NCBI GenBank assembly: GCA_965656375.1
Contig: CBFHKH010000001.1
Span: forward strand, 475,319-512,844
Source: Minisyncoccia bacterium
Lineage (GTDB): Bacteria > Patescibacteriota > Minisyncoccia > Phycocordibacterales > UBA9973
Reading direction: 5' to 3'
Length of the DNA stretch: 37,526 bases
A model generated the notes under the pieces. That model did not search any database. It had not been told where the DNA came from and was given only the letters and a program-made list of their open reading frames with translations. Below are positions 27,677 through 36,949 of the stretch, piece after piece. Both the position numbers and the translations under genes were made by a program. Every line of letters starts with the position of its first letter. Positions within the stretch are counted from its first letter, which is position 1.

Positions 27677-28684
27677 TTAAATGTTGAATAAAGGATTAAT
27701 AATTCCGAGTCCTGCTAGTCCCGCAAGAAGCGCAAATAAACCAAGTCCAATCACCACGACACCAGCAGACTTGAAGAACAATGGCGCGTGCTTCCCATGT
27801 GCGAACGAGGCAGAACCAAATGAAAGAAGCAGGAGCATTGGAAGTGTTCCGAGAGCGAATGCAAGCATGATAAATAGTCCCGAGGTGAAGGAACCACTTC
27901 CCAACGCAGAAACTTGCATAGACTGTGTAAAACCACACGGTAAAAAGAAAGTGGCAAAACCGAGAATGAGTGGCGTAAACGTCTTATGTTCAATTCTTCT
28001 GAAGAAATTGAACAATCCTGACGGTAATGCGATCCTATTCTTGGCAAAAACACCCACAAGATTAAGACCAAGCAGTAGCATCACCAAAGATGCCAGTATG
28101 CCTAATATTGAAGTAAGGGTAAAATTAATTCCAATTACACTACCTACAGCCCCGAGAACACCTCCTAACACAGCAAAACTTACCAGTCTCCCTGCGTGAA
28201 AAAGTAAGAATGTTTTCGTGTCACTCACATTATCCTGTGATATTTTTGCAGAGAGCGACAGAACGAGACCTCCGACAATAGCGAGACAACTTGATACTGA
28301 AGCAATGAGTCCAATAACAAAGCTTGTTACAGGTGTTATTTGACCTCCAATGCCGAGATTTAAGATTCCTGACTTTTGCAAAAGAAAGAACAGAATGAGG
28401 AATATAAGCCCAATCGGCAGAGCTTTCCAAATAACTCCATCAGATTTATTTTCTTTTATTGGTTTTTCAAGCGACAACTTATATCCATTTACTTTAATTT
28501 TTTCTGTTAGGATTTGAACTAATGCCTCAGGATCGTGACCACTGTCGGTCTCAATTTCAACAGTCTCTTGCTTTAGGTTAACTCGAGTATTTTTGATGAA
28601 GTCCTGTTCATTCAAGACATCTTCAATGAAGATTTTACATGACGGACAATGAGTACCTGAAACGTGAAAAGTGTATTTATTCAT
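27677..28684 (-). CDS. HMA domain fused to a DsbD_2 / sulfite exporter TauE-like membrane domain
   Basis: GTHCPSC, SSCLAIVGG, FH.GR..S, LPCGFTQ, FALGTLP. Confidence 0.85.
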   Translation of the reverse strand: MNKYTFHVSGTHCPSCKIFIEDVLNEQDFIKNTRVNLKQETVEIETDSGHDPEALVQILTEKIKVNGYKLSLEKPIKENKSDGVIWKALPIGLIFLILFFLLQKSGILNLGIGGQITPVTSFVIGLIASVSSCLAIVGGLVLSLSAKISQDNVSDTKTFLLFHAGRLVSFAVLGGVLGAVGSVIGINFTLTSILGILASLVMLLLGLNLVGVFAKNRIALPSGLFNFFRRIEHKTFTPLILGFATFFLPCGFTQSMQVSALGSGSFTSGLFIMLAFALGTLPMLLLLSFGSASFAHGKHAPLFFKSAGVVVIGLGLFALLAGLAGLGIINPLFNI

Positions 28685-28686
28685 AA

Positions 28687-30981
28687 TTATAATTTCTTAG
28701 CTTTAATACGAAGTGAGTTCGACACGACGGACACTGATGACATTGCCATGGCAAAGCCTGCAAAGATCGGATTGAGCAACCATCCAAAAATTGGATAGAA
28801 TAATCCAGCCGCAAGCGGAATACCCACTAGGTTATAGATAAACGCCCAAAAAAGATTCTGTTTGATTCCTCGCATGGTGATCTTTGAGAGCTTAATCGCC
28901 TTAACAAGTTTTGAAATATCACCACCAAGAAGCGTGATGCCCGCAGATTCTATTGCCACATCGGTTCCTGTTCCCATAGCAATACCCACGTCTGCTTGAG
29001 CGAGTGCAGGAGCATCGTTTACTCCGTCACCTGCCATCGCAACGATACGACCCTCCGATTGCAATTCCTTAATTTTTGCCAATTTGTCCTGTGGTAAAAC
29101 ATGAGCGATAACATCATCAATACCCGCAAGCGATGCAATATACTTAGCGGCTTTTTCATCATCTCCTGTGAGCATGACAATCTTAATGCCGAGTGCATGT
29201 AGATTTTTTATTGCCTCAACCGACTCAGCCTTGATCTCATCTGCCACCATTACAAAACCGAGAACTTCCTCTGAAGACGCAACGATGACTGGAGTTTTCC
29301 CTTGGAAAGTAAACTCATTGAGCTTTGTTGTATCAAAGAGAATACCAAGATCACTTATAAGTTTTGCATTTCCAACAAAGTACTCCGTGTTGTTGATTAC
29401 TCCCTTTAACCCCTTACCTTGTATACCCTCAAAATCTGATACCTCGGATGCAGATATATTTTTTTCTTGAGCATAATTCACAATCGCATGAGCAATTGGA
29501 TGTTCAGACTTTTTCTCAAGTGAAGCAAGAATTGATACCAGTTCATTATCTTTTAAACTCGAAAGATTTTGTATATCAACTAGAGTAGGTTTACCTTTTG
29601 TGATTGTTCCTGTTTTATCAACCACCACAGTATTCACTTTATGGAGCTTTTCTAGAGTCGCAGCGTCTTTGATGAGAATACCTTCCTTAGCTCCCTTACC
29701 AACACCCACAATGATCGCCGTAGGTGTTGCAAGCCCAAGGGCGCATGGACAAGCGATGACAAGTATTCCTACAAACGAGACAAGTCCGAATGAAAGAGCT
29801 TGAGAAAATCCTAAATATTGAGAGCCGATAATAAGCCATGCCCCGAGGGAAAGAAAAGCAATAACAAGCACAATGGGAACAAAGACTGCTGATATCTTAT
29901 CTGCCAGTGCTTGTATTGGAGCTTTACTTCCTTGAGCGTCTTCAACCATTTTTATAATCTGAGCAAGCAGTGTTTCTGCACCAACTTTTGTAGCCTTAAA
30001 GGTAAACGAACCGCTTGTATTGAGTGTCCCTGAGACAACACTGTCTCCAATTTTCTTCTGTGCAGGCATAGGCTCTCCAGTAACCATAGATTCGTCAATA
30101 AACGAACTTCCATCGGTTATAACACCGTCTACAGGAATCTTTGCTCCTGGCTTAACGATAATGAGATCGCCATGCTTTACTTCGTTCACTGAAATCTCCA
30201 CTTCTTTTCCATCTCGAATTACTAATGCTGTTTTAGCTTGGAGATTAAGAAGCTTCTCGATTGCATCACCCGTCTTTATTTTTGAACGAGCTTCAAGATA
30301 TTTTCCTAGTGCAATAAAAGTAATAACCACGATCGTCACATCGTAATATTGATATTCCACATTTATGAACGGACGAAGCACATCCTCAAGAGCACTAACT
30401 GCAAAACTGTATAAAAAGGCAGCAACAGTACCGATACCGATAAGGGTATCCATATTTGCCTTGCCGTATCGTAAAAATCTATAAAAACCTAGCAGGTACG
30501 GCTTACCAACTACAAAAAGAATATATGTAGCAAAAATTGGAAGAAGGTGGTGAAAAAATTCTTTGAGAGTGTAGCTCATTGCGGGAATGATGCTGTACTC
30601 TGCAAGAATGTCCCAACCCATAACAAAAGCAGCAAAAATTGCGAGAGGGATAGCTGAGAAAACTTTCGTTCTCATATCAGTAACTTCTGCGAGCTTCTCC
30701 TTCTTTGACTGATTAGTTCCCAAATGAGCTGCATGTTCATCGGGAGACATACCCATCTCTTCGGCAGAAGCAGGAACATCAAGCGAATATCCGAGAGGTT
30801 CTATATGCTTAGACAGATCGTGTGGGTTTGTTTTTGAAGGATCAAAAGAGACCTTCGCTTTTTCTGTACCGTAGTTTACTTCAGCAGAATGAACACCTTC
30901 AACCTTCTTAAAAGTCTTCTCTATCACAGAAGAACAAGAAGCACAGTGCATTCCTTTTACTTTGTATGTTTGTGTATGCAT
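28687..30981 (-). CDS. copA: Copper-translocating P1B-type ATPase
   Basis: GMHCASC, TGE, CPCALGLATP, DKTGT, SEHP, GDGVNDAP, YN and MAMSS. Confidence 0.95.
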   Translation of the reverse strand: MHTQTYKVKGMHCASCSSVIEKTFKKVEGVHSAEVNYGTEKAKVSFDPSKTNPHDLSKHIEPLGYSLDVPASAEEMGMSPDEHAAHLGTNQSKKEKLAEVTDMRTKVFSAIPLAIFAAFVMGWDILAEYSIIPAMSYTLKEFFHHLLPIFATYILFVVGKPYLLGFYRFLRYGKANMDTLIGIGTVAAFLYSFAVSALEDVLRPFINVEYQYYDVTIVVITFIALGKYLEARSKIKTGDAIEKLLNLQAKTALVIRDGKEVEISVNEVKHGDLIIVKPGAKIPVDGVITDGSSFIDESMVTGEPMPAQKKIGDSVVSGTLNTSGSFTFKATKVGAETLLAQIIKMVEDAQGSKAPIQALADKISAVFVPIVLVIAFLSLGAWLIIGSQYLGFSQALSFGLVSFVGILVIACPCALGLATPTAIIVGVGKGAKEGILIKDAATLEKLHKVNTVVVDKTGTITKGKPTLVDIQNLSSLKDNELVSILASLEKKSEHPIAHAIVNYAQEKNISASEVSDFEGIQGKGLKGVINNTEYFVGNAKLISDLGILFDTTKLNEFTFQGKTPVIVASSEEVLGFVMVADEIKAESVEAIKNLHALGIKIVMLTGDDEKAAKYIASLAGIDDVIAHVLPQDKLAKIKELQSEGRIVAMAGDGVNDAPALAQADVGIAMGTGTDVAIESAGITLLGGDISKLVKAIKLSKITMRGIKQNLFWAFIYNLVGIPLAAGLFYPIFGWLLNPIFAGFAMAMSSVSVVSNSLRIKAKKL

Positions 30982-30984
30982 AAA

Positions 30985-31260
30985 TTATTTTCTCTTTAGC
31001 TTATAAACTTTCAAAATTTCTTGCTTGGCTTTCTCAGTCTGCCCAGCCTTAACTTGGTTCAAAATACATCCGCCTAGATGATTTTCGAGTAACAAGTCTT
31101 CGACATTCGAAAGACCTTGTTTTACTGCTGATGTTTGAGTGATCACGTCTATGCAGTACGTGTCATTTTCAATCATTTTCTGCAAACCTCGAACCTGACC
31201 TTCTAGAAGCTTGAGCCTGCGAATGATTTTGCTTTTATTTTTATCTTCCATATATTTCAT
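30985..31260 (-). CDS. csoR: CsoR-family metal-sensing repressor
   Basis: RL..LEGQVRGL.KMI....YC.D...Q, H...C ligands. Confidence 0.92.
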   Translation of the reverse strand: MKYMEDKNKSKIIRRLKLLEGQVRGLQKMIENDTYCIDVITQTSAVKQGLSNVEDLLLENHLGGCILNQVKAGQTEKAKQEILKVYKLKRK

Positions 31261-31273
31261 ATATAGTGATTAT

Positions 31274-31291
31274 ATACCCCCTAGGGGGTAT
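31274..31291. promoter_or_regulatory. CsoR-type operator in the csoR promoter spacer
   Basis: Perfect palindrome ATACCCCCTAGGGGGTAT lying between TTGCAT and TATAAT (18-nt spacer) on the minus strand. Confidence 0.88.
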
Positions 31292-31301
31292 CATGCAAGT
31301 C

Positions 31302-31337
31302 AAACAAAAAGACCACCCGTATTGGATGGTTTTTTGT
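31302..31337 (-). terminator. Intrinsic terminator downstream of tRNA-Gln
   Basis: Minus strand ACCATCC-AATAC-GGGTGGT followed by CTTTTTGTTT. Confidence 0.7.
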
Positions 31338-31417
31338 TCTGGATACTGCTCTCAGCAGGTATGCAATTTACAGTATGGTTGTCTTTTACTAGCTATCTTT
31401 GAGCTAGCTCAAGTTTG

Positions 31418-31488
31418 CTGCCGGTCAGGGACTCGAACCCCAATACCATCCTCCAGAGGGATGTGTCCTACCATTAGACGAACCGGCA
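31418..31488 (-). tRNA. tRNA-Gln (anticodon CTG), CCA not encoded
   Basis: Acceptor TGCCGGT/ACCGGCA, anticodon arm CATCC-CTCTGGA-GGATG, T loop GGTTCGAGTCC. Confidence 0.96.
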
Positions 31489-31562
31489 ATATTGTTCTAC
31501 CTGCCATACGGCGACAAGCAATATAACTCCGATATAGTACCATAAAACAGCAAAAAAACAAT

Positions 31563-31591
31563 TTGAAATGGGCCTGGAAGTGCTGTACAAT
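31563..31591 (+). promoter_or_regulatory. Sigma70 promoter of the LOG gene (leaderless)
   Basis: TTGAAA-17 nt-TACAAT, with the ATG 7 nt downstream. Confidence 0.65.
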
Positions 31592-31598
31592 GATGTGC

Positions 31599-32330
31599 AT
31601 GGATAAACTAGACCCTGTAAAATACAGACCAAAACATTTAACTATAGACGATATTAAGAGCGGTTGCATCACTCTTTATGGAGACAATGATCAGGAAACG
31701 AAGCTCTGCATGATGGAAGAAGAATTCCGCCAGGGACTCGAAGTCATCCAGGATCTGACTCCATCAGTGACGTTCTACGGTTCTGCTCGACTTTCTGAGG
31801 ATCACCCATCATACAAGCAGGCACGATCACTCGCCTACCGCATATCAAAGGAACTCGGATACAACGTTCTCTCGGGTGGAGGTGGAGGAATTATGGAGGC
31901 ATCAAACCGCGGTGCACATGAGGCAGGCGGCCGATCTGTAGGACTTACAATCCGACTTCCCCAAGAGCAAAGGACAAATAAATACGTTACAGATGAGATT
32001 CCTTTTTACTTTTTCTTTACTCGACAAGTTTCCATGTCCTACGCGACAGAAGTCTGTATTTTCTGTCCTGGTGGATTCGGTACATTCAACGAACTTTTCG
32101 AGATGCTCACACTCCAGCAGACTGGCAAGATCGGCAGAATTCCAATTATTCTCCTCGGTACTGATTTCTGGAACCCAATGGAGAAATTAATCCGAGAAGT
32201 TCTCGTTGATAAGTACCAGGTTATAAGTCCAAATGATGTAAACCTCTATACGATCACAGACAATGAAGATGAAATACTAAAGATCATTGCAGAAAGTAGA
32301 CTTCGCGATGGACAGGATGCATTGGCATAG
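31599..32330 (+). CDS. LOG family (TIGR00730) nucleotide phosphoribohydrolase
   Basis: VTFYGSAR, GGGGGIMEA.NRGA, PGGFGT..E.FE; start at ATG 31599. Confidence 0.9.
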   Translation: MDKLDPVKYRPKHLTIDDIKSGCITLYGDNDQETKLCMMEEEFRQGLEVIQDLTPSVTFYGSARLSEDHPSYKQARSLAYRISKELGYNVLSGGGGGIMEASNRGAHEAGGRSVGLTIRLPQEQRTNKYVTDEIPFYFFFTRQVSMSYATEVCIFCPGGFGTFNELFEMLTLQQTGKIGRIPIILLGTDFWNPMEKLIREVLVDKYQVISPNDVNLYTITDNEDEILKIIAESRLRDGQDALA

Positions 32331-32374
32331 CAAAGATAGCCATTAGCTTTTAAGAGATAGCGACTAGTAAATTG

Positions 32375-32426
32375 AATAAGAAAAAATAAAATCCCGCATA
32401 TTTGTGGGATTTTATTTTTTCTTATT
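32375..32426. terminator. Bidirectional terminator between the convergent LOG and pyrG genes
   Basis: 24-bp inverted repeat (one G-T) with a TATT loop and A/T tracts on both sides; overlaps the pyrG stop. Confidence 0.85.
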
Positions 32427-34097
32427 TTTTATACATGCTTTGATGAATTGAGTGAAAAGCGGATGTGGAGAAAGGGGTCGTGCTTTGAATTCCGGATGGA
32501 ACTGCGTTCCCAGGAAAAATGGATGTACCGAGAGAGGCAATTCGGCGATTTCTGCAAGCATTCCATCAGGAGAAGTACCGGAGAACACGAGGCCTGCTTT
32601 CTCGAGCGGATCACGATACGCATTATTCACTTCGTAACGATGACGATGACGCTCGGAAATACGAGTAGATCCATATGAAAGAGCAGCAAGACTTCCCTTT
32701 TTAAGATGGGCATCAAATGCACCAAGGCGCATACTGCCCCCGAGCTTTTTGGTAGCAATCTTGTCCTTCTGATCTTCCATCACGTCGATCAAAATATTCT
32801 TCGAAGCGGAACTCACTTCCCGAGTATTGGCATCTTTGAGTTTGAGCACATTGCGAGCATACTCGATAACCAGAAGCTGCATTCCGTAGCAGAGGCCGAA
32901 ATACGGGATCTTGTGCGTACGTGCATACTCGATAACTTTGATCTTGCCTTCGATACCACGTGAACCAAACCCACCAGGAACGATGATGCCGTCGTATTTG
33001 GAGAGTTCTTTTACTTTCTTTGGATCCTTCTCAAAATCAACAGAGGAAAGCCAAGTAAGGACCGGCATACGTCCTGACTGATATGCAGAGTATTTGATCG
33101 CTTCTATAACAGAAAGATACGAGTCAGAGAGCGTAAAGTCTCCTGTATTAAAATATTTGCCGATTACTGCGATACGAACTTCATTCTTTGATGCATGAGC
33201 AGACTTTGCAAATGCATTCCATTTCTTTGATGATGGAGTATCGCCGGAACTGCAGGTCATACCGACGACATCGCAGATCATATCGCCAAGGCCTTCTTTT
33301 TCAAAGTTGACCGGGATATCATAGATGCTTGCGACATCAGGCGCAGAGATAACATGATCAGGAGAAATATTACAAAACATCGAGAGCTTTTCCTTGCGGC
33401 GATCATCAAGCGCAACTTTACTGCGAGCAATGATAACATCCGGCTGAATACCAGAAGCATTGAGTGTCCGAACAGCGTACTGGGTTGGTTTGGTTTTCAT
33501 CTCTCCCACTTTTGATGGTATTGGAAGGTATGACACCATAACAAAGAAAACATCTTTTGGCTGCTTGATCTTCATCATACGTGCAGCCTCGAGGAAAAGC
33601 ATATTCTGGTACTCCCCTACCGTTCCGCCAATTTCAATAACAACAACATTAGCTCCGACGTTGTCACGAGCTTCTTCTATTCGACGAATAACTTCAAGAG
33701 GAATATGCGGCACAACTTCAACACATTTGCCACCGTATTCGAGATTGCGCTCTTTGTTTATGACACTCTGATAGACCATACCAGTCGTCATGTAATTGAT
33801 GCTACCGAGAGTAATATCAAGGAATCGCTCGTAGTTGCCCATGTCTTGATCACATTCATAGCCATCATCGAGAACGAAGACTTCGCCATGCTCAGTTGGG
33901 TTCATTGTACCAGCATCGATATTGATATACGGATCGATCTTGATAGCGGTAACGCGCTTGCCACGGTTCTGGAGAATGCGCGCAATAGAAGATGCAGCGA
34001 CACCCTTCCCCACTCCGGAGATAACTCCACCGACGACAAAAATATATTTACAGGATAGAGAATCTTTCTTGGTCTTGTCAGTCGATCTATTCTTCAT
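32412..34097 (-). CDS. pyrG: CTP synthase
   Basis: KYIFVVGGVISGVGKG, DPYINIDAGTMNPTEHGE, KTKPTQ, GLCYGMQ, ERHRHRYE, QFHPEF; start at ATG 34097. Confidence 0.97.
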   Translation of the reverse strand: MKNRSTDKTKKDSLSCKYIFVVGGVISGVGKGVAASSIARILQNRGKRVTAIKIDPYINIDAGTMNPTEHGEVFVLDDGYECDQDMGNYERFLDITLGSINYMTTGMVYQSVINKERNLEYGGKCVEVVPHIPLEVIRRIEEARDNVGANVVVIEIGGTVGEYQNMLFLEAARMMKIKQPKDVFFVMVSYLPIPSKVGEMKTKPTQYAVRTLNASGIQPDVIIARSKVALDDRRKEKLSMFCNISPDHVISAPDVASIYDIPVNFEKEGLGDMICDVVGMTCSSGDTPSSKKWNAFAKSAHASKNEVRIAVIGKYFNTGDFTLSDSYLSVIEAIKYSAYQSGRMPVLTWLSSVDFEKDPKKVKELSKYDGIIVPGGFGSRGIEGKIKVIEYARTHKIPYFGLCYGMQLLVIEYARNVLKLKDANTREVSSASKNILIDVMEDQKDKIATKKLGGSMRLGAFDAHLKKGSLAALSYGSTRISERHRHRYEVNNAYRDPLEKAGLVFSGTSPDGMLAEIAELPLSVHPFFLGTQFHPEFKARPLSPHPLFTQFIKACIKNKKK

Positions 34098-34098
34098 A

Positions 34099-35022
34099 TT
34101 ATTTTCTGAGATAGCGGTGGATAGCAAAGACGCTTGAAATACTTCCCAAGATCACTCCTGATACAAGCATGATGATAAACAATTGGAAGAAATTTGATTT
34201 GAAATACGTCCAAAGATTGATGCCGATAAAATCGGTCATCTGATTACCGAGCCAGATAGATATCGGGACAAAAAGAAGTATCGTCACAAGGCTTGCGCAG
34301 ATACCAACAAGCATACCGGAGACGATGAACGGTCCGCGTATGTACTTTGATCCTGCACCGACGAGTCGCATGACGCTAATTTCCTCGCGTGACATATATA
34401 TAATGAGGCGAACCGTACTGAAAGTAATAATGACAGAAATAAGGATAAGAACAAACGAGACCGCGAATCCAAGTCTTTTTGCGCCATTGATAATAGAGGT
34501 AAGACGATCAATCACAACTTTGTTCTGATGATAGTCAACTTTATCGATGATAGAAAGAGACCCTTGGGTAAGGGCGCCACCCGTTTCGAAAAACTTAGCA
34601 ATGCTCTCATATTGGGACGGATCTTTTGCCTTTACATTGAGCGATGCACCAAGCGGGTTTTCATCAAGCTCATCGAGAGCCTGAAGTGTAAGATAGTCGC
34701 TCGCATGGCGCTCTTTGAACTCAGTAAGCGCTTCTTCTGCAGAAGTATAGCTGATACTTTTGACCTCAGGAATCTTTTCAAGTGCAACTTTGACGTTCTC
34801 TATGGCAGATTCATTCGCATCCGGCACAAAGTAAACCGTCACATCGACTTTTTCCTTGATATCATCGAGTGCAGTGTGAAGGGTTGTCTGTATAAATATG
34901 AGACTGACGATCACAAAAAGCGTAATCGTCATAATGAGAATAGAAGCAATAGAAGTAAAGCCACTTCGCATAAAACTGCGATAGCCTGAACGTATGATTC
35001 TTTTTGTATCAGTCATCAACAT
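34099..35022 (-). CDS. ftsX: Cell division permease-like protein FtsX
   Basis: 4-TM ABC permease topology, NPL, REEI.VMRLVGA...IRGPF; downstream of ftsE. Confidence 0.92.
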   Translation of the reverse strand: MLMTDTKRIIRSGYRSFMRSGFTSIASILIMTITLFVIVSLIFIQTTLHTALDDIKEKVDVTVYFVPDANESAIENVKVALEKIPEVKSISYTSAEEALTEFKERHASDYLTLQALDELDENPLGASLNVKAKDPSQYESIAKFFETGGALTQGSLSIIDKVDYHQNKVVIDRLTSIINGAKRLGFAVSFVLILISVIITFSTVRLIIYMSREEISVMRLVGAGSKYIRGPFIVSGMLVGICASLVTILLFVPISIWLGNQMTDFIGINLWTYFKSNFFQLFIIMLVSGVILGSISSVFAIHRYLRK

Positions 35023-35029
35023 ACGAGAA

Positions 35030-35707
35030 TTATATCATATACTTACCATCTTTATCATCTCGAATGACCCGACCGTTCTCGAGTGTAATAACGCGTTTCT
35101 TTATTTGCTCAATGACAGATCGGTTGTGTGTTGTAAGCACAATAGTCGTACCGAGATCATTGATCTTTTTCAAGATATTGACCACTTCGTTCGTATTGAT
35201 AGGGTCGAGGTTACCCGTTGGCTCGTCAGCAATGATAAGCTCAGGCTGCGTAATGATCGCACGTGCAATCGCAAGACGCTGCTTCTCTCCGCCTGAAAGC
35301 TGGTGAGGAAAATGTGTTGCTTTACTCGATAGGTCGACGAGTTCAAGTACATGTGGAACGTCTTCCCTAATCTCGTCATCGCCTTTCCCTGTTGCTTCCA
35401 TGGCAAATGCGATATTTTCGTAAGCAGTTTTGTTCGGAAGGAGTCGAAAATCCTGAAATACAACGCCTACCTTGCGACGAAAGTTTGTAAGGTCTTTTTT
35501 ATTGAGCTTGTGGATATCTGTAGATTCAAAAAATACCGTACCATCAGTCGGTGACTCTTCTGCGAGGATCAGTTTTGTGAGTGTAGTCTTCCCTGCGCCA
35601 GAATGTCCTACAATAGAGACAAATTCACCCGCACCGATCGAGATACTGATATCTTCGAGAGAAATGCTGTCAGAGTATTTCTTTGTAACATTATTGAAAT
35701 AGATCAT
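35030..35707 (-). CDS. ftsE: Cell division ATP-binding protein FtsE
   Basis: [35 protein letters not shown]; start at ATG 35707. Confidence 0.93.
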   Translation of the reverse strand: MIYFNNVTKKYSDSISLEDISISIGAGEFVSIVGHSGAGKTTLTKLILAEESPTDGTVFFESTDIHKLNKKDLTNFRRKVGVVFQDFRLLPNKTAYENIAFAMEATGKGDDEIREDVPHVLELVDLSSKATHFPHQLSGGEKQRLAIARAIITQPELIIADEPTGNLDPINTNEVVNILKKINDLGTTIVLTTHNRSVIEQIKKRVITLENGRVIRDDKDGKYMI

Positions 35708-35723
35708 GAACCTCTTAAGAATA

Positions 35724-36611
35724 TCATAAATGCGACTCTGCCTCAATAAAGGGAGCAAGGAGACCATCTTCTAAGACAGAGTCAACTCCGTGCACTTCAA
35801 CATTTGTCCTATGATCCTTGATTTGCTTGTATGGATGGAGAACATATGAGCGAATCTGGTTTCCCCATTCGATTTCTGTGGTCTTTGAGACCGATAATCC
35901 GAGTTTTTCTCGAGCTTCATCTTCTTGTCGTTTCTTGAAAAGCTTACCTTTGAGCATTTCCATAGCGCGCTCGCGATTTTGTTCCTGGGAACGTTCTGTT
36001 GCAACATGAACCGAGAGGTTCGTCGGAATATGAACGATACGGACTGCAGTCTCGCGTTTGTTTACATTTTGTCCGCCAGGGCCGCCGGATTTTGAAAACT
36101 CGATCTTGAGATCCTCAGAAGGAATTTCTATCGCACTATCAGTTACGGGAAGCTTGGGAATAACTTCAACGAGAGAGAATGATGTATGACGGAGCTTTTT
36201 TGCATTAAACGGAGAGATACGGACCAAGCGATGAACACCGGATTCATTTTTGAGAGTGCCATAGGCTCTTTTACCCACTACTTCGATTGATACAGTGCGG
36301 TATCCGCCGAGGTCGTTCTTGTTTTCATGTATAAGCTGTACTTGCCAGCCTACCCGCTCTATGTATTTGATATACATTCGCAAAAGAATTGCAGAAAAAT
36401 CTTCGGCATCATCACCGCCTGCTCCGGAGATGATCGAGAGGATTGCGTTACCACTATCGTACTTTTGACTACCTAAGAGTTCGTCTTTGAGCTCAGCAAT
36501 TTTTTTTATGACACTTTGTGCTTTTACCTTATCATTCCAAAAATCAACGCTCGCCATGCTCGTTTCAAGGGCTTCTATTTCTTTTTTTATAGATTCAGTA
36601 TCACTCGCCAT
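35724..36611 (-). CDS. prfB: Peptide chain release factor 2, short form
   Basis: ESGVHRLVRISPF (SPF tripeptide), GGPGGQNVNK, WGNQIRSYVLHPY. Confidence 0.93.
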   Translation of the reverse strand: MASDTESIKKEIEALETSMASVDFWNDKVKAQSVIKKIAELKDELLGSQKYDSGNAILSIISGAGGDDAEDFSAILLRMYIKYIERVGWQVQLIHENKNDLGGYRTVSIEVVGKRAYGTLKNESGVHRLVRISPFNAKKLRHTSFSLVEVIPKLPVTDSAIEIPSEDLKIEFSKSGGPGGQNVNKRETAVRIVHIPTNLSVHVATERSQEQNRERAMEMLKGKLFKKRQEDEAREKLGLSVSKTTEIEWGNQIRSYVLHPYKQIKDHRTNVEVHGVDSVLEDGLLAPFIEAESHL

Positions 36612-36634
36612 AGGGCTATTATATCAAAAATTTG

Positions 36635-36707
36635 AGCCACCTCGCAGGATCGAACTGCGGACCCCGTCTTTACGAAAGACGTGCTCTACCAACTGAGCTA
36701 AGGTGGC
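36635..36707 (-). tRNA. tRNA-Thr (anticodon CGT), CCA not encoded
   Basis: Acceptor GCCACCT/AGGTGGC, D arm GCTCAGTTGGTAGAGC, anticodon arm CGTCT-TTCGTAA-AGACG, T loop GTTCGATC. Confidence 0.96.
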
Positions 36708-36739
36708 AACTAGTCCATACAGACTAACATATTCCCATA

Positions 36740-36768
36740 TTGCAATGGAAGAGTTCCTATGGTAGATT
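36740..36768 (+). promoter_or_regulatory. Candidate sigma70 promoter for the leader peptide / proC-like transcript
   Basis: TTGCAA-17 nt-TAGATT (with TG extension), ATG 6 nt downstream. Confidence 0.6.
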
Positions 36769-36774
36769 GGAAAT

Positions 36775-36858
36775 ATGACTCACGTCACAATACAAAATCA
36801 GATTCCCTTCCTCTGCCTCCCTTGGACTCCAAGTGAAGGGCTGTCTTTTGTAATGTAG
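36775..36858 (+). CDS. Candidate 27-aa leader peptide
   Basis: MTHVTIQNQIPFLCLPWTPSEGLSFVM*; lies between the promoter and the terminator hairpin. Confidence 0.5.
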   Translation: MTHVTIQNQIPFLCLPWTPSEGLSFVM

Positions 36859-36885
36859 TGAAGTAACTCTCAAACTAGATTATAA

Positions 36886-36913
36886 AAAAGAGCTCTCCAC
36901 GGAGAGCTCTTTT
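36886..36913 (+). terminator. Intrinsic terminator / attenuator upstream of the proC-like gene
   Basis: AAAAGAGCTCTC-CACG-GAGAGCTCTTTT followed by T-rich sequence. Confidence 0.8.
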
Positions 36914-36949
36914 CATTCATTTGTTCTTTCACATTTAAAATATAAACCC

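Noticed and set aside
196-36696. Numerous short antisense or overlapping ORFs from the six-frame track (for example 196-465, 22856-23455, 27681-28199, 31266-31526, 31409-31672, 36487-36696)
   Set aside because: Shadow frames of well-supported genes or tRNAs, with no recognisable motifs.
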